Shown: positions 50,614 to 60,994, numbered from the stretch's first letter. The stretch: 64,000 bases of DNA from an uncultured Acidobacteriota bacterium (GCA_963741955.1 CAVUKB010000005.1:160001-224000), one strand, 5' to 3'. The notes: generated by a model not told the origin, from the letters alone. Numbers and translations are program-made.

Positions 50614-51376
50614 CGTAGACGTACTGCCGTGATCGTGAATTCCGGAGCTCTTTCGATTCTACCCGTCTTTGTCCGCGATCGCGAAAACGTGTCGACCCGG
50701 GCAGGTGCGCCTTCCGCGGAATACGGCAACAATGCGCCGCAACCCATCTCGGAGTTGACCTTCCAGGCTCCCGGAGTCCGCTCGACTGAGGGAGCCGGTC
50801 GAGCGCCGAAGTGATCCCGAGCAATTGGCGGAACGACCCAGAGAAGAGAGAGCCGTGGTCCGCACCTTAGAGCGTTCAGCCCTCCCGATGCCGGCCCTCC
50901 ACTTCTCTGCGTCGCTCTGTTGGACGGATCGGGGTCGGATTTTTCCCGGGCGGCCCGGCCTCAGTCGCTGCTGTCGAAGAGACGCAGCGAGGAAAGCGGC
51001 CTCTGAACGTGCTTTCGATGGAGTGAGACGCTCGCCGGGGGAATCTCCGGAACGGCCGCCTCGAGAATCTGGGACCCTCTCGTCACCGGTCGCTCGGGGA
51101 GAGTTGCCGGGAGAGAGCTGCAAGGGGCGGTCAAAGTCGCTGCACAGAAGATGCAGACCACGAACATCATCGTCGTCCCCGGTCTCGAGAACCTTCGTGC
51201 GAACTCTCCCCTCTTCCCGATTCCCGCCATCATCGGGTTGGACGGACGCAGGAGATGAATTTCGGAGGAGGGGCCGAGGATTTGCTGCCGACGGGCGACA
51301 GCCAACCGCGGCCGGTGGTCGTCCGTGCGTGTCGGTCGGGCGCGTTCGGCGGGATGCGTGAGCGAAGTGTGTCGCG

Positions 51377-51868
51377 TCAGGAGCCGAGCAGGCGCCGGCC
51401 GGACTCGAGATCGAGAAGCCAGCGCTTGATTGCGATGCCGCCGCCGAAGCCGGTGAGCGCACCGGTGGATCCGATCACGCGATGGCACGGGACGATGATC
51501 GGGATCGGGTTTGCGCCGTTCGCTGCGCCGACCGCGCGTGAGGCGGCGGGCCGGCCAATCTCCTGGGCGATCCATCCGTATGTTCGGGTCTCGCCGTAGG
51601 GAATGCGCCTCAGAGCGTTCCAGACGTCGAGCTGGAACGGGGTACCGTCCGGATCGAGCGGTACGGTGAAGCTCCGACGCTTCCCGCTGAGGTATTCGGT
51701 GAGCTCCGTCGCGGTCTTCTCGAGCGCGGCGGGGTCATGTCTCCATTCCGGATCGGGCTCGCTCCTCCTCCCCTTCTCGAATTCAATCCGAACCACTCCT
51801 TTCTCGCTCGTCGCGAGGAGGAGTGTGCCGATCGCGGTCGGGAGGTGGCAGTAGCGGATGGGGGTCAC
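51377..51868 (-). CDS. ogt: Methylated-DNA--protein-cysteine methyltransferase
   Basis: GTPFQ..VW, IPYGET, RAVGAANG.NP, PCHRV. Confidence 0.93.
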   Translation of the reverse strand: MTPIRYCHLPTAIGTLLLATSEKGVVRIEFEKGRRSEPDPEWRHDPAALEKTATELTEYLSGKRRSFTVPLDPDGTPFQLDVWNALRRIPYGETRTYGWIAQEIGRPAASRAVGAANGANPIPIIVPCHRVIGSTGALTGFGGGIAIKRWLLDLESGRRLLGS

Positions 51869-51917
51869 AGGAGGATGATAGACGAGGATCGGGGATTGTG
51901 GATTGTGGATCCGTCGG

Positions 51918-52820
51918 GTGGGTCGGATGTCCCGTCCGATGCAGGCCCAGTGGGTTGGACGCCCCGTCCGATGCAGGCCCATGTGGGTTGGACGTCCCGT
52001 CCGATGCAGGCCCAGTGGGTTGGACGTCCCGTCCGATGCCCAGTGGGTTGGACGTCCCGTCCGATGCAGGGTGGCGTCCCGCGCCGCCCTGCCCACGGCA
52101 AGTTACGACGATCGTCCCGAAAGAAGAGAGTCACCAACTGATCGCCGCGCGAGAGGAACGATTCGCGTGGCGTTGACGCCGTCGCTCCCCGGCAGGATGC
52201 CGGGGAGCCTCGCGCGGGACGCGCGACCCACTTGCGCGCAATCCACATGTGGGTTGGACGTCCCGTCCGATGCAGGGCGGCGTCCCGCGCCGCCCTGTCC
52301 CGGGCAAGATACGACGATCGTCCCGAAAGAAGAGAGGCACGAACTGGCCGCAGGGCGAGAGGAGCGATCTGCGTTTCTTTGACGCCATCGCTCCCCGGCA
52401 GGATGCCGGGGAGCCTCGCGCGGGACGCGCGACCCACTTTCGCGCGACCCACATGTGGGTTGGACGTCCCGTCCGATGCCCAGTGGGTTGGACGTCCCGT
52501 CCGATGCCCAGTGGGTTGGACGTCCCGTCCGATGCCCAGTGGGTTGGACGTCCCGTCCGATGCAGGGAGGCGTCCCGCGCCACCCTGCCCACGGCAAGTT
52601 ACGACGATCGTCCCGAAAGAAGAGAGGCACGAACTGGCCGCAGGGCGAGAGGAACGATCCGCGTGGCGTTGACGCCGTCGCTCCCCGGCAGGATGCCGGG
52701 GAGCCTCGCGCGGGACGCGCGACCCACTTTCGCGCGACCCACTTTCGCGCAATCCACATGCGCGTGACCCACATGCGCGCGGCCCACTCGTGCCTAACCC
52801 ACTCCCGCGTGACCCCACTC
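51918..52820. repeat. REP/BIME-like cluster: ten GTGGGTTGGACGTCCCGTCCGATGC-type units and three about 190-bp composite units
   Basis: Units at 51918, 51950, 51983, 52015, 52043, 52249, 52455, 52483, 52511, 52539; composites start at 52043, 52249 and 52539. Confidence 0.9.
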
Positions 52821-52838
52821 CCCTTCCCTCCCTGACCC

Positions 52839-54284
52839 TCAGAAGTCGGCGACGCGCTGGGCGATCGAGTCGAGAATCTCGATCGCTTTGCTGGAGCGGC
52901 CGGTGTGCTGATTGACGATGGCGGTCACGTAACGCACACCGCCGTTGCGGCCCACGATGATGCCGCTCAGTGCATTCACGCCGTCGAGCGTCCCGGTCTT
53001 CCCGCGGAAGCGATTCTCCAGTCCGGCGAGACGATGGTGCAGCGTCCCCTCTTCTCCCGGAGTGGCGAGGAGGGACCAGAAGAGACCACGACGCGGAGGC
53101 TCGTACATCCACCGCAGCAGCTTCACCGCCGCCGTCGGTGTGATGCGGTCCTCGACGGCGAGTCCCGAACCGTCGTCGAACGAGAAGTCGTTCCCGTCGA
53201 TGCCGACGGTGTTGATGAGAAAGTCACGTTCGATCGCTTCGGACGCGGGATACGACGCGGGATTCGGTCCGCCGAGGGACAGATCTTTGTAGAGCATCTC
53301 GGCGTAGAGATTCTGCGAATTCTTGAGGACGGTGGTGAGGAGGAGATAGTACGGCGGAGAGGTGCGAACCGCGAGCCTCGTGCTCCAGGTGTGCGGATCG
53401 GTGACCACGGATGGCGCGCTGCCGAGCGGGATCCCTGCTCGGCGGAGGACGTCGTCGAGCGCCATTGCGGCGTAAAGGCCGGGAGCGTCGGCACCGACGA
53501 GATCGGAAAACGTCTTGCCGACGAGCTCCGGCTTCACCTCGCCTCTCTCGTCGACCACGTCGTTGGAGACCACGAAGTTCAGGGGGCCGACCCCGCACCG
53601 AGTCGTGCTCGAGGCGGGAACGAAGCCGGGATCGGTGGTGATACCGAGAGCCGCGCAGTCGACGACGTTGGTAACCACGCCGATGGCGTTCTCGTTGTAC
53701 GCGAGTGCGTCGACCGGAACCGCGTAGTCGGATCCGATGTTGTCGTACTTCCAGCTTCCGGGGATCGTCTGGCGGTCGTACGCGGAGACGTCGGCGACGA
53801 CGCCACCGCGAATGGAGACGACGCCGTCCGAAGCGAGCGCGTCGAGGACGGGCCGGAACTCCGCGTCGCGATTCCCTTCGACGTAGCGTCCTCCGAGCGA
53901 TGGGTCTCCACCACCGCGGATGACGAGGTTGCCGTCGAGGATGCCGTCATGGACGGTGCCGTCGATCCAGAATTCGGTATCGAGGGTCTTCGCCACCCCG
54001 TCGCAGCCGACGACCGTAGCCATGGCGAACATCTTCCGGTTCGACGCAGGAGTCATCAGGATCTCGGGGTTGTGGGCGTAGAGCACGCGGCCGTTCGCGT
54101 CTTCGACCACGATTCCCCACACCGCGTGGTTGAACGGCGGTTGGCTGATGCGGGCATCGATGAAGCGCGCCAGCGACGGACGGGTACGTGCGGACGCGCA
54201 TCCGGTCACGGAAAGAAGGAGCGCCACGGTCATCGAAACGAGGAGCGGGAAGAGGCGGGATCGCTCGTTCAATCTCATTCTCAT
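52839..54284 (-). CDS. dacB: D-Ala-D-Ala carboxypeptidase/endopeptidase (PBP4, S13)
   Basis: PASNRK (SxxK), GGGDPSL, SQN (SxN), DGSGL, KTGT. Confidence 0.92.
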   Translation of the reverse strand: MRMRLNERSRLFPLLVSMTVALLLSVTGCASARTRPSLARFIDARISQPPFNHAVWGIVVEDANGRVLYAHNPEILMTPASNRKMFAMATVVGCDGVAKTLDTEFWIDGTVHDGILDGNLVIRGGGDPSLGGRYVEGNRDAEFRPVLDALASDGVVSIRGGVVADVSAYDRQTIPGSWKYDNIGSDYAVPVDALAYNENAIGVVTNVVDCAALGITTDPGFVPASSTTRCGVGPLNFVVSNDVVDERGEVKPELVGKTFSDLVGADAPGLYAAMALDDVLRRAGIPLGSAPSVVTDPHTWSTRLAVRTSPPYYLLLTTVLKNSQNLYAEMLYKDLSLGGPNPASYPASEAIERDFLINTVGIDGNDFSFDDGSGLAVEDRITPTAAVKLLRWMYEPPRRGLFWSLLATPGEEGTLHHRLAGLENRFRGKTGTLDGVNALSGIIVGRNGGVRYVTAIVNQHTGRSSKAIEILDSIAQRVADF

Positions 54285-55348
54285 GCGAAGTTCCATTCGT
54301 CGAACGCGGCCGACGTCTCGAGATTGTACTTCGCGAGACGCGGGAGCACATCCCACTCGATGGAAGGAAAGCGGCGGCGCATACGATCGGCGATGGAGAA
54401 GGATTGAAGAGTTGCGGCGTAGTCGCGGGCGTACGGGTAAACCGGCGAAACGGGTTCCATTTCAACCCCGCCGATCCCTGCGGGAGCCTCGCGATCGTGA
54501 GAACGGGACGATGACGAGACCTCGCCGAGGTCGAGGAAAGGTCTGACCCTGTCGAAAAGAGAGGGATCGGCACCGGCTTCGATGGCGGTAAGGAGGGCGT
54601 CGTACAGCGCAACGTGGTGGAACGACACGATGTCGCCGTCGCCGGCGATGAACGCTTCCAGGAGAACGCCGGCGAGACGGGCTCGCTCGGCCCGTTCGAA
54701 CGCGCGGGGGGACTGCTCGTCCCGTATGCCGTCGCCCGACTCCGCGTCAGAGTCGCCCTTCTCGCGAGATCCGCGACCCGCCGAGCCCCACTCCACGAGC
54801 GCGGTCCGAAGAATCCCGAACCGCCGCTCCGGGGGAAACCGTGCGGCAAGACGCCAGACCGCGGCCGCGACGATGAGGCCGTGCCCCAGGTCGTCGAGAA
54901 AGGACGAGGCGGCCTCGAAGAAAAGAGCGGCGAAGTCGTCCCGCTCCCGAACACTCACCAGCCATCGCTCCGCCGTCTCGAGGTCGCTCGAGGCGAGCGC
55001 TTCGTGCAGCCGGGCCGGATCGGTGAAAGCCGGATCGGGCGCCGGCTCGTTGAACACCGGAGGCTCCGTCCACGGCGGGCGCGACTGCCCGACATAGATC
55101 GCACACTCGGTGAGGATCTCCGCACTCAGCGGCGGAAATCGCTCCAGGAGATCGAACGCCGCGACGCACGCGAGGAGCGCGTGCTTTCCGTGCTGTGACG
55201 GCGTGAACCCGAGCACCGCGAATCCGGTGACGGAAAGAAGGGCCGCCTCCTCTCCCTCTTCGCGGGCGAGGCGCGGGATCTCTGCGCGGATCGCGTCGTC
55301 GTCCCGGACGATCAGCGATTCGAAGAGGGATGCGAAGGGGTTCGACAT
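54281..55348 (-). CDS. Hypothetical helical protein
   Basis: Translationally coupled to both neighbours; AAGGAG RBS. Confidence 0.65.
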   Translation of the reverse strand: MSNPFASLFESLIVRDDDAIRAEIPRLAREEGEEAALLSVTGFAVLGFTPSQHGKHALLACVAAFDLLERFPPLSAEILTECAIYVGQSRPPWTEPPVFNEPAPDPAFTDPARLHEALASSDLETAERWLVSVRERDDFAALFFEAASSFLDDLGHGLIVAAAVWRLAARFPPERRFGILRTALVEWGSAGRGSREKGDSDAESGDGIRDEQSPRAFERAERARLAGVLLEAFIAGDGDIVSFHHVALYDALLTAIEAGADPSLFDRVRPFLDLGEVSSSSRSHDREAPAGIGGVEMEPVSPVYPYARDYAATLQSFSIADRMRRRFPSIEWDVLPRLAKYNLETSAAFDEWNFA

Positions 55349-55644
55349 CACTCCTTCGGATTCTTCGGAACCTGCTTCCCCAGATCCTTTTTCGCTGCAG
55401 GCTTGACGTCGGTCGAAGTCGGCGCGTTCGGATCGGTGAGGACGCCGCCGTCGTTCGGAGAGCGCTCGTCGCCGATCTCGACGGTCTGGGTGAGCGCGGT
55501 ATCGGTGTCCGTGGTGTCGGTCCCGGCGTCGGGCGTCGCGGCACGGATGGTCTCGGTCGGAATCCCGCGCTTCTGCCGGTTTGCGCATCCGGCGAGCGGG
55601 AGCGCAACGAGAACGAGAGCCGCGACCGCGAGACGTCCTGTCAT
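55348..55644 (-). CDS. Small lipoprotein
   Basis: Lipobox LAGC after a hydrophobic stretch. Confidence 0.65.
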   Translation of the reverse strand: MTGRLAVAALVLVALPLAGCANRQKRGIPTETIRAATPDAGTDTTDTDTALTQTVEIGDERSPNDGGVLTDPNAPTSTDVKPAAKKDLGKQVPKNPKE

Positions 55645-55723
55645 ACGGACGAGGCAATGCAACCGAGGGACCATTGGAGATCGGCCCCGCCGAGAGTCTG
55701 CGCACATTGCGCCATTGGCGTCT

Positions 55724-55912
55724 GTGGGTTGGGCGTCTCGTCCGAGGCAGGGCGGCGTCCCGCGCCGCCCTCCCCAGGGCAGGTTGCGACGGTCGTCCCT
55801 AGACGAGAGAGACGAATGCACCACATCGCGAGAGGAAGGATCCGCGTGGCGTTGACGCCATCGCTCCCCGGCAGGATGCCGGGGGGAGCCTCGCGCGTGA
55901 CGCGCGACCCAC
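55724..55912. repeat. Single copy of the about 190-bp REP-like composite
   Basis: GTGGGTTGG...CAGGGCGGCGTCCCGCGCCGCCC...CTCCCCGGCAGGATGCCGGGG...CGCGACCCAC. Confidence 0.85.
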
Positions 55913-56049
55913 TGTGCAGGGGGGAATCGCCATCCGGGCCCCACGAGCGCGATCGTTCCGGCGGCGTCGTCCGCTCGATTTATGTCAAATCCTCCTCCGC
56001 TCCAGCCCGCCTACACCTCACGCACGCCATCGCATATCATTCGCGGGTG

Positions 56050-57624
56050 ATGAAGAAACGCATCGGCATTTTCGGCTGGGGCGTAGTCGCCCCGAAATCC
56101 CCCGACATCGACAGGTTCGCCGAGAATCTCGAAAAGGCTGGCAACTGGCTCGAGCCTTTTCGCGGCTTCGGTCCCTCGAATTTCCTGGTCGGCATCCCCG
56201 AATTCGACTTCAACGACTATCGCGACTGGTTCGACCAGCGCTTCGCTCCCTCCAAGTTCGGTCAGCTGAACGAGAAGATGGGACCGATGACGAAGTTTGC
56301 GATGGGTGCATTCATCCAGTCGCTCCGCCAGAACGATGGCATCGAGGGTTACCTCAAGTCACTCGGACAGCAGTGTCACGTCTACGTCGGCACAGGGCTC
56401 GGCGAGATCACCATCCAGCACGAGCAGTCGGTCCGTTTCGACCGCGCGCTCAAACGCTGGAACGCGTTCTGGGGGTCGCCGGAGCGCTGTGATGCGTTGC
56501 GCCAGCACTTCACCGGCGATCCTGAACCGGATGCTCCGCAGAATCCGGAAGACGTTCCGATGGGCACCGAGGAGTGGATCGAGGCGAAGCATGCGTGGGA
56601 GGCGTTCTGGACCACGAAGAGCGACGCGCTCCACGATTATCTCGACGAGGCGGCGGAGATTCACGGAGAGCCCGTTCCTCCCTCCTCGGGTTCGGCGAAG
56701 CTCGGGCTGATCCGCCAGAAGCTGAACCGGATCAAGGCACTGAACCGGAAGTGGGGATGCCCCGAGGAGCCGTGGGCAGCGGTGTCGGCGAACCTCCTGT
56801 GGAACATCGCGAACATTCCGGCGGCGCAGATCTCGATGATCGGCGGGATCATGGGGCGCGCGATCGCCCCGGTCGCGGCGTGCGCTTCGTTCGGCATCGC
56901 GCTCAAGCTCGCGATCAACGCGATCGAGGTGGGAGACGCGACGGCCGCGGTGGTGGGGATGACGGATCCTCCCCCGCACGGCGTGACCATCTCCGCGTTC
57001 TACAACGCGAACGTCCTCGCGGCGGATCCGAACGTCTCACGTCCGCTCACCGGACTGAAAGGCACTCACGTCGCCGGGGGCTCGTGCGTCTGGATCGTCG
57101 GCGACGCCGATGCGATGATGGCTCAGGGATTCAAACCGCTGGGGATGGAGATCGTCGCCGTCGGGACCTCATCCGACGCACATCACATCATCACCCCGTC
57201 CAAAGGCGGTCCGCAGCTCGCGATGAAGGAAGCGATGCGCGGGATCGATGCGAAGGAGATCCTCACCTGGGACATGCACGCCACGGCGACTCCGGGCGAC
57301 TCGACGGAAGTCGAGCATTCGCTCGAGCTGCTGCACTCGGATGTGCTCTTCACCGCTCGGAAAGGAACGTTCGGCCATGGCATGTCCGTCGGCGGAGGAT
57401 GGGAGCTGACCGCTCAGCACCTCGGCGTCCAGCGCGGGAAGCTCTTCCCGGTGGTGCTCACGGAGGGCGAGCTGCACGCGGACATTCAGATCCACCAGGC
57501 GAAGTTCGTCCAGCAGGAGGGGTGCGCGGTGCAGCCCGGCTACTCCGGGAAACTGAGCATGGGGATCGGCGGGGTCAACTCTTGCGTGATCAGCCGGCCG
57601 TGGGACGCGGGAGAGAAGAAGTAG
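56050..57624 (+). CDS. Atypical beta-ketoacyl synthase (FabF-like with large insertion)
   Basis: GTGLG, AACAS (Cys), SDAHHI..P, MHATATP (His), KG.FGHGM (His), MGIGG.N. Confidence 0.85.
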   Translation: MKKRIGIFGWGVVAPKSPDIDRFAENLEKAGNWLEPFRGFGPSNFLVGIPEFDFNDYRDWFDQRFAPSKFGQLNEKMGPMTKFAMGAFIQSLRQNDGIEGYLKSLGQQCHVYVGTGLGEITIQHEQSVRFDRALKRWNAFWGSPERCDALRQHFTGDPEPDAPQNPEDVPMGTEEWIEAKHAWEAFWTTKSDALHDYLDEAAEIHGEPVPPSSGSAKLGLIRQKLNRIKALNRKWGCPEEPWAAVSANLLWNIANIPAAQISMIGGIMGRAIAPVAACASFGIALKLAINAIEVGDATAAVVGMTDPPPHGVTISAFYNANVLAADPNVSRPLTGLKGTHVAGGSCVWIVGDADAMMAQGFKPLGMEIVAVGTSSDAHHIITPSKGGPQLAMKEAMRGIDAKEILTWDMHATATPGDSTEVEHSLELLHSDVLFTARKGTFGHGMSVGGGWELTAQHLGVQRGKLFPVVLTEGELHADIQIHQAKFVQQEGCAVQPGYSGKLSMGIGGVNSCVISRPWDAGEKK

Positions 57625-58076
57625 ATTTGCCATAGCTTGGACGGGCGCTTTTCGCCAGAACGAGTATGGGGCGCGGAAAGGACTACGGCTTCGAGCACGA
57701 TTTCATTTGCGCGATTTGCCATAACCCGGGCGGGCACTTTTTGCCGGAACGAGCACGGTGGGCGCAAAGGCAGCGGCTTCGAGAGCGATTTCATTTGCGC
57801 GATTTGCAGGCACCGCAACTCCGTTCAGCCCGAGGCGTAGGAACAACGGAGGCTTTGAAATCGTCGCAGCTCCGCTTCCGGGCCGGGTGGTCTTCAAATC
57901 GCGCAATTCAAATCGTCCTCGACGTCCGCGCCCGCTCCACCACGCCGCTCGCGCTTGCCGAAGACGCCCGTTCAACCGATGGCAAATCGCGCAATTGAAA
58001 TCGTCCTCGAAGCCTCTGCCCATGCGTGCGCGGCGTTCGCACCTGCAGCAAGCGCCGGCCCGGACTATAGGAAATC
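57624..58076. repeat. Large imperfect palindrome built from 88-bp period repeats
   Basis: Core GGCTTCGAG..CGATTTCATTTGCGCGATTTG at 57687 and 57775; inverted copies at about 57895 and 57983. Confidence 0.8.
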
Positions 58077-58713
58077 AGAACGTCTCTCTCCACGCTTCAT
58101 GTCCCGTGATGATCGCGAGCGATCTGTCGAGTAACTCCCGATTCTCCTCGCGGTTGAGCCACGTCGAACGGCCGGAGGGGTGCGGGAGGACGACGACGTC
58201 GAAGCAGTGGCCTGCGCGCTCGACCCGGTGGATCCGCCCGACGGCGTCGGCGAGCTTCGATCGGCCGGTCAGTTCCAGCGAGGCGAGGGTTCCGACTGCG
58301 ATCACCAGCTTCGGTTCGAGCAGACGGATCTCGCGGTCCAGGTGCGCCGAGCAATTCGCGATCTCTTCCGGCGACGGAGGGCGGTCGCCTCCGGCCGGGC
58401 TGCGCCCCGGGAAGCAGCGCGCGACGGCGCCGATCCAGACGTGTGCGCGGAATGCGTCCTCGTTCACGCCCCGCTCGGCAAACCACGCAAAGAGCTTCTT
58501 CCCCGCGGTGTATGCGAAGGGGCGCCGCTCCGCCTCCTCCCGCGGGCCGGGGGCCTGGCCGATCAGAAGGATGGAGGCATTCTCGACCGGTCCGGTGACC
58601 GGAGTTCCGCAGACGTCCGGACAGAGCCGGCAGGCGAAGAGCATCTCGAGATGCCGCAGATATTCCGAATGCCTCCCTTTCGAGCCCGTTTTGCGCTTCG
58701 AAGTTCGATTCAA
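58075..58713 (-). CDS. Uracil-DNA glycosylase family (Fe-S, family 4/5-like); start uncertain
   Basis: CRLC, GQAPG..E....PF, RCFP, C, HPS. Confidence 0.88.
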   Translation of the reverse strand: MNRTSKRKTGSKGRHSEYLRHLEMLFACRLCPDVCGTPVTGPVENASILLIGQAPGPREEAERRPFAYTAGKKLFAWFAERGVNEDAFRAHVWIGAVARCFPGRSPAGGDRPPSPEEIANCSAHLDREIRLLEPKLVIAVGTLASLELTGRSKLADAVGRIHRVERAGHCFDVVVLPHPSGRSTWLNREENRELLDRSLAIITGHEAWRETF

Positions 58714-58751
58714 ATTGACTCTCTCTCCCCCGCTCCATAAGATCGTTGCCG

Positions 58752-59477
58752 ATGCCGCGCACCCTTGCCCGATTCGCCGTCATCGCTCCCCTTCTGCTCC
58801 TGATCGGATGGACACCCGCATCCGAGCAGAGGATCGCGCGGAAAGGGGCGGAGCTCGCTCCGCCGGACCTGAAGCTGCTGATCGATCTCTATTCCGAAGA
58901 CTACCAGAACGGACTCGCACGCGCCGCCGCTGCGGGAGCACAACGCTCGTCTCCCGGCACGCTCCAGTCAGAGATCGAGCGGGAAACTCAATCCGCGATC
59001 CGGATGGTCCGTACCCACCAGCCGCTCACATCGTTCGTCGAACGCCTCGGCGTGCTCGCCCATCTGGTCGGGAGAGCGAACAATCCGTTCTCGTTCGTCC
59101 CGCCCGATTCCAGACTGGCACCGAGCGCGGACGATTTCGCGCGTTACCTGGACTCGCGGATGTCCGTCTTCCCCACCGTGTTCTACGGTCTCGACGACGA
59201 CCTCCGCCTCGACCGGTACGTCGGCGGGATGCTCAACCGGACCCGCAGGCTGACACCGCTGCTCGACGAGGAGTACTTCCGCTTCGGGCAGCGCCGCAAC
59301 TGGCGCGACTTCGACGACCACTCGACGGCGTTCGGCGTCGCGTCGCTCTCCTACTCCCATTCCGTGACCGATCTCGTCAACCTCTATTACTACATATGGA
59401 AGGAAGCAGGTGGAGACGTCCGCACCGCGCGCGCGTTGCGAAAGGGAAACCTGCTGTTGAACGAACATGCCCGCTGA
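58752..59477 (+). CDS. Secreted protein, Zn-dependent phospholipase C / S1-P1-like fold (degenerate)
   Basis: Signal peptide then Trp; LGVLAHLVG..NNP; C-terminal 'VTDLVNLY..IWKEAG'. Confidence 0.6.
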   Translation: MPRTLARFAVIAPLLLLIGWTPASEQRIARKGAELAPPDLKLLIDLYSEDYQNGLARAAAAGAQRSSPGTLQSEIERETQSAIRMVRTHQPLTSFVERLGVLAHLVGRANNPFSFVPPDSRLAPSADDFARYLDSRMSVFPTVFYGLDDDLRLDRYVGGMLNRTRRLTPLLDEEYFRFGQRRNWRDFDDHSTAFGVASLSYSHSVTDLVNLYYYIWKEAGGDVRTARALRKGNLLLNEHAR

Positions 59478-60987
59478 AAGAGCCATCCTCTCCGTTTACG
59501 ACAAGACCGGAATCGTGGATCTTGCACGGTTCCTCACCGGCCGCGGCGTCGAGATCCTCTCGACCGGCGGCACCGCGCGGCACCTGACCGAAGCCGGCAT
59601 CGAGGTCACACCGATCTCGAAATACACCGGCGCGCCCGAGATCCTGGGCGGGAGGGTCAAGTCTCTCCATCCCAGAGTTTTCGGCGGAATTCTGTTCGAT
59701 CGCGCCAACGAAGCGCATCGAAAGGATGTCGAGCAACAGGGAATCGGCGAGATCGGGCTGGTGGTGGTGAATCTCTACCCCTTCGAGGCGACCATCGCGC
59801 GGGAGGGAGTGACGCTGGCTGAAGCGATCGAGCAGATCGACATCGGAGGTCCATCGATGCTCCGTGCCGCCGCGAAGAACTTCAGGAACGTGGTGGTGCT
59901 CTGCAATCCGGAATCGTACGAGGAGTACATGACCGAAGCACGCGGTGGCGCGCTCTCGGAGGAGTTCAGGAAGCGGTCCGCAGCGGCGGTCTTCGAAATG
60001 ACGTCGCGTTATGACGCGGCGATCGCGACGTTTCTCAGCGGAAAGGAAGCGACCGCGTCGTCACTTCCGGACGAGCTCGAGCTGAGCCTCCACAAGGTGC
60101 AGGAGCTTCGCTATGGTGAGAATCCGCAGCAGAGCGCGGCGTTCTACCGAGCGATGGTTCCCGGAGCCGCGACGCCGTTCGTGCAGTTGCAGGGGAAGGA
60201 GCTCTCCTACAACAATCTTCTCGACCTCGATGCTGCCTGGAAACTCGCGCAGGCGTTCGACGAGACGGCGGCGGCGGTGATCAAGCACACCAACCCGGCC
60301 GGCGCGGCGAAGGGTTCGACCATCGGTGAGGCGCTGAAACGCGCGATCGAGACCGATCCGGTTTCAGCGTTCGGCGGGATCGTGGCGACCAATCGCGAGT
60401 TCGACGCGGCGGCGGCGGAAGCGGTCGGCTCCCTCTTTCTCGAGGTGGTGGTCGCCCCCTCTTTCTCCGAAGACGCGCTGGCGCGCCTGGAGAAGAAGAA
60501 GAATCTGAGGATCATCGTTGCGGAGAAGCTCGAAACGCCATTCGAGATCCGCGCCGCGGCAGGGGGCTTCCTGGTTCAGAAGGCGGACGTCCTCTCGACC
60601 GAAGGATGGCGCGTAGCGTCGAAGAAGCAACCGAACGACGAGCAGATGGCATCGATGAAGTTCGCCTGGTCGGTCTGCATGCACGTGAAGTCGAACGCAA
60701 TCGTCCTGGCAAAGGAGAATCAGCTGGTCGGCGTCGGGGCAGGGCAGATGAGCCGCGTCGATTCGTGCAGGATCGCGGTGATGAAGGCGAATCTTCCGAC
60801 GATGGGGACGGTGGCGGCATCCGACGCGTTCTTCCCCTTCCGGGACGGCGTCGACGTCCTGGCAGAGGCGGGAGTCACTGCAGTGATCCAGCCGGGCGGC
60901 TCGGTGCGTGACGAGGAGGTGGTCGCCGCGGCCGATGAGCGTGGATTGGTGATGGTCTTCACCGGCGAACGGCACTTCCGCCACTGA
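59467..60987 (+). CDS. purH: Bifunctional AICAR transformylase / IMP cyclohydrolase
   Basis: [55 protein letters not shown]. Confidence 0.98.
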   Translation: MPAERAILSVYDKTGIVDLARFLTGRGVEILSTGGTARHLTEAGIEVTPISKYTGAPEILGGRVKSLHPRVFGGILFDRANEAHRKDVEQQGIGEIGLVVVNLYPFEATIAREGVTLAEAIEQIDIGGPSMLRAAAKNFRNVVVLCNPESYEEYMTEARGGALSEEFRKRSAAAVFEMTSRYDAAIATFLSGKEATASSLPDELELSLHKVQELRYGENPQQSAAFYRAMVPGAATPFVQLQGKELSYNNLLDLDAAWKLAQAFDETAAAVIKHTNPAGAAKGSTIGEALKRAIETDPVSAFGGIVATNREFDAAAAEAVGSLFLEVVVAPSFSEDALARLEKKKNLRIIVAEKLETPFEIRAAAGGFLVQKADVLSTEGWRVASKKQPNDEQMASMKFAWSVCMHVKSNAIVLAKENQLVGVGAGQMSRVDSCRIAVMKANLPTMGTVAASDAFFPFRDGVDVLAEAGVTAVIQPGGSVRDEEVVAAADERGLVMVFTGERHFRH

Positions 60988-60994
60988 GCGCGCG

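Noticed and set aside
51918-52820. Possible CRISPR array
   Set aside because: Repeats are nearly abutting or separated by near-identical blocks; no unique spacers and no cas genes
57666-58023. ORFs with CAICH (heme c-like) motifs on both strands; also CRISPR-like spacing
   Set aside because: The motif is a translation of the repeat core, the 88-bp period is not a multiple of 3, the spacers resemble each other and orientation flips mid-array
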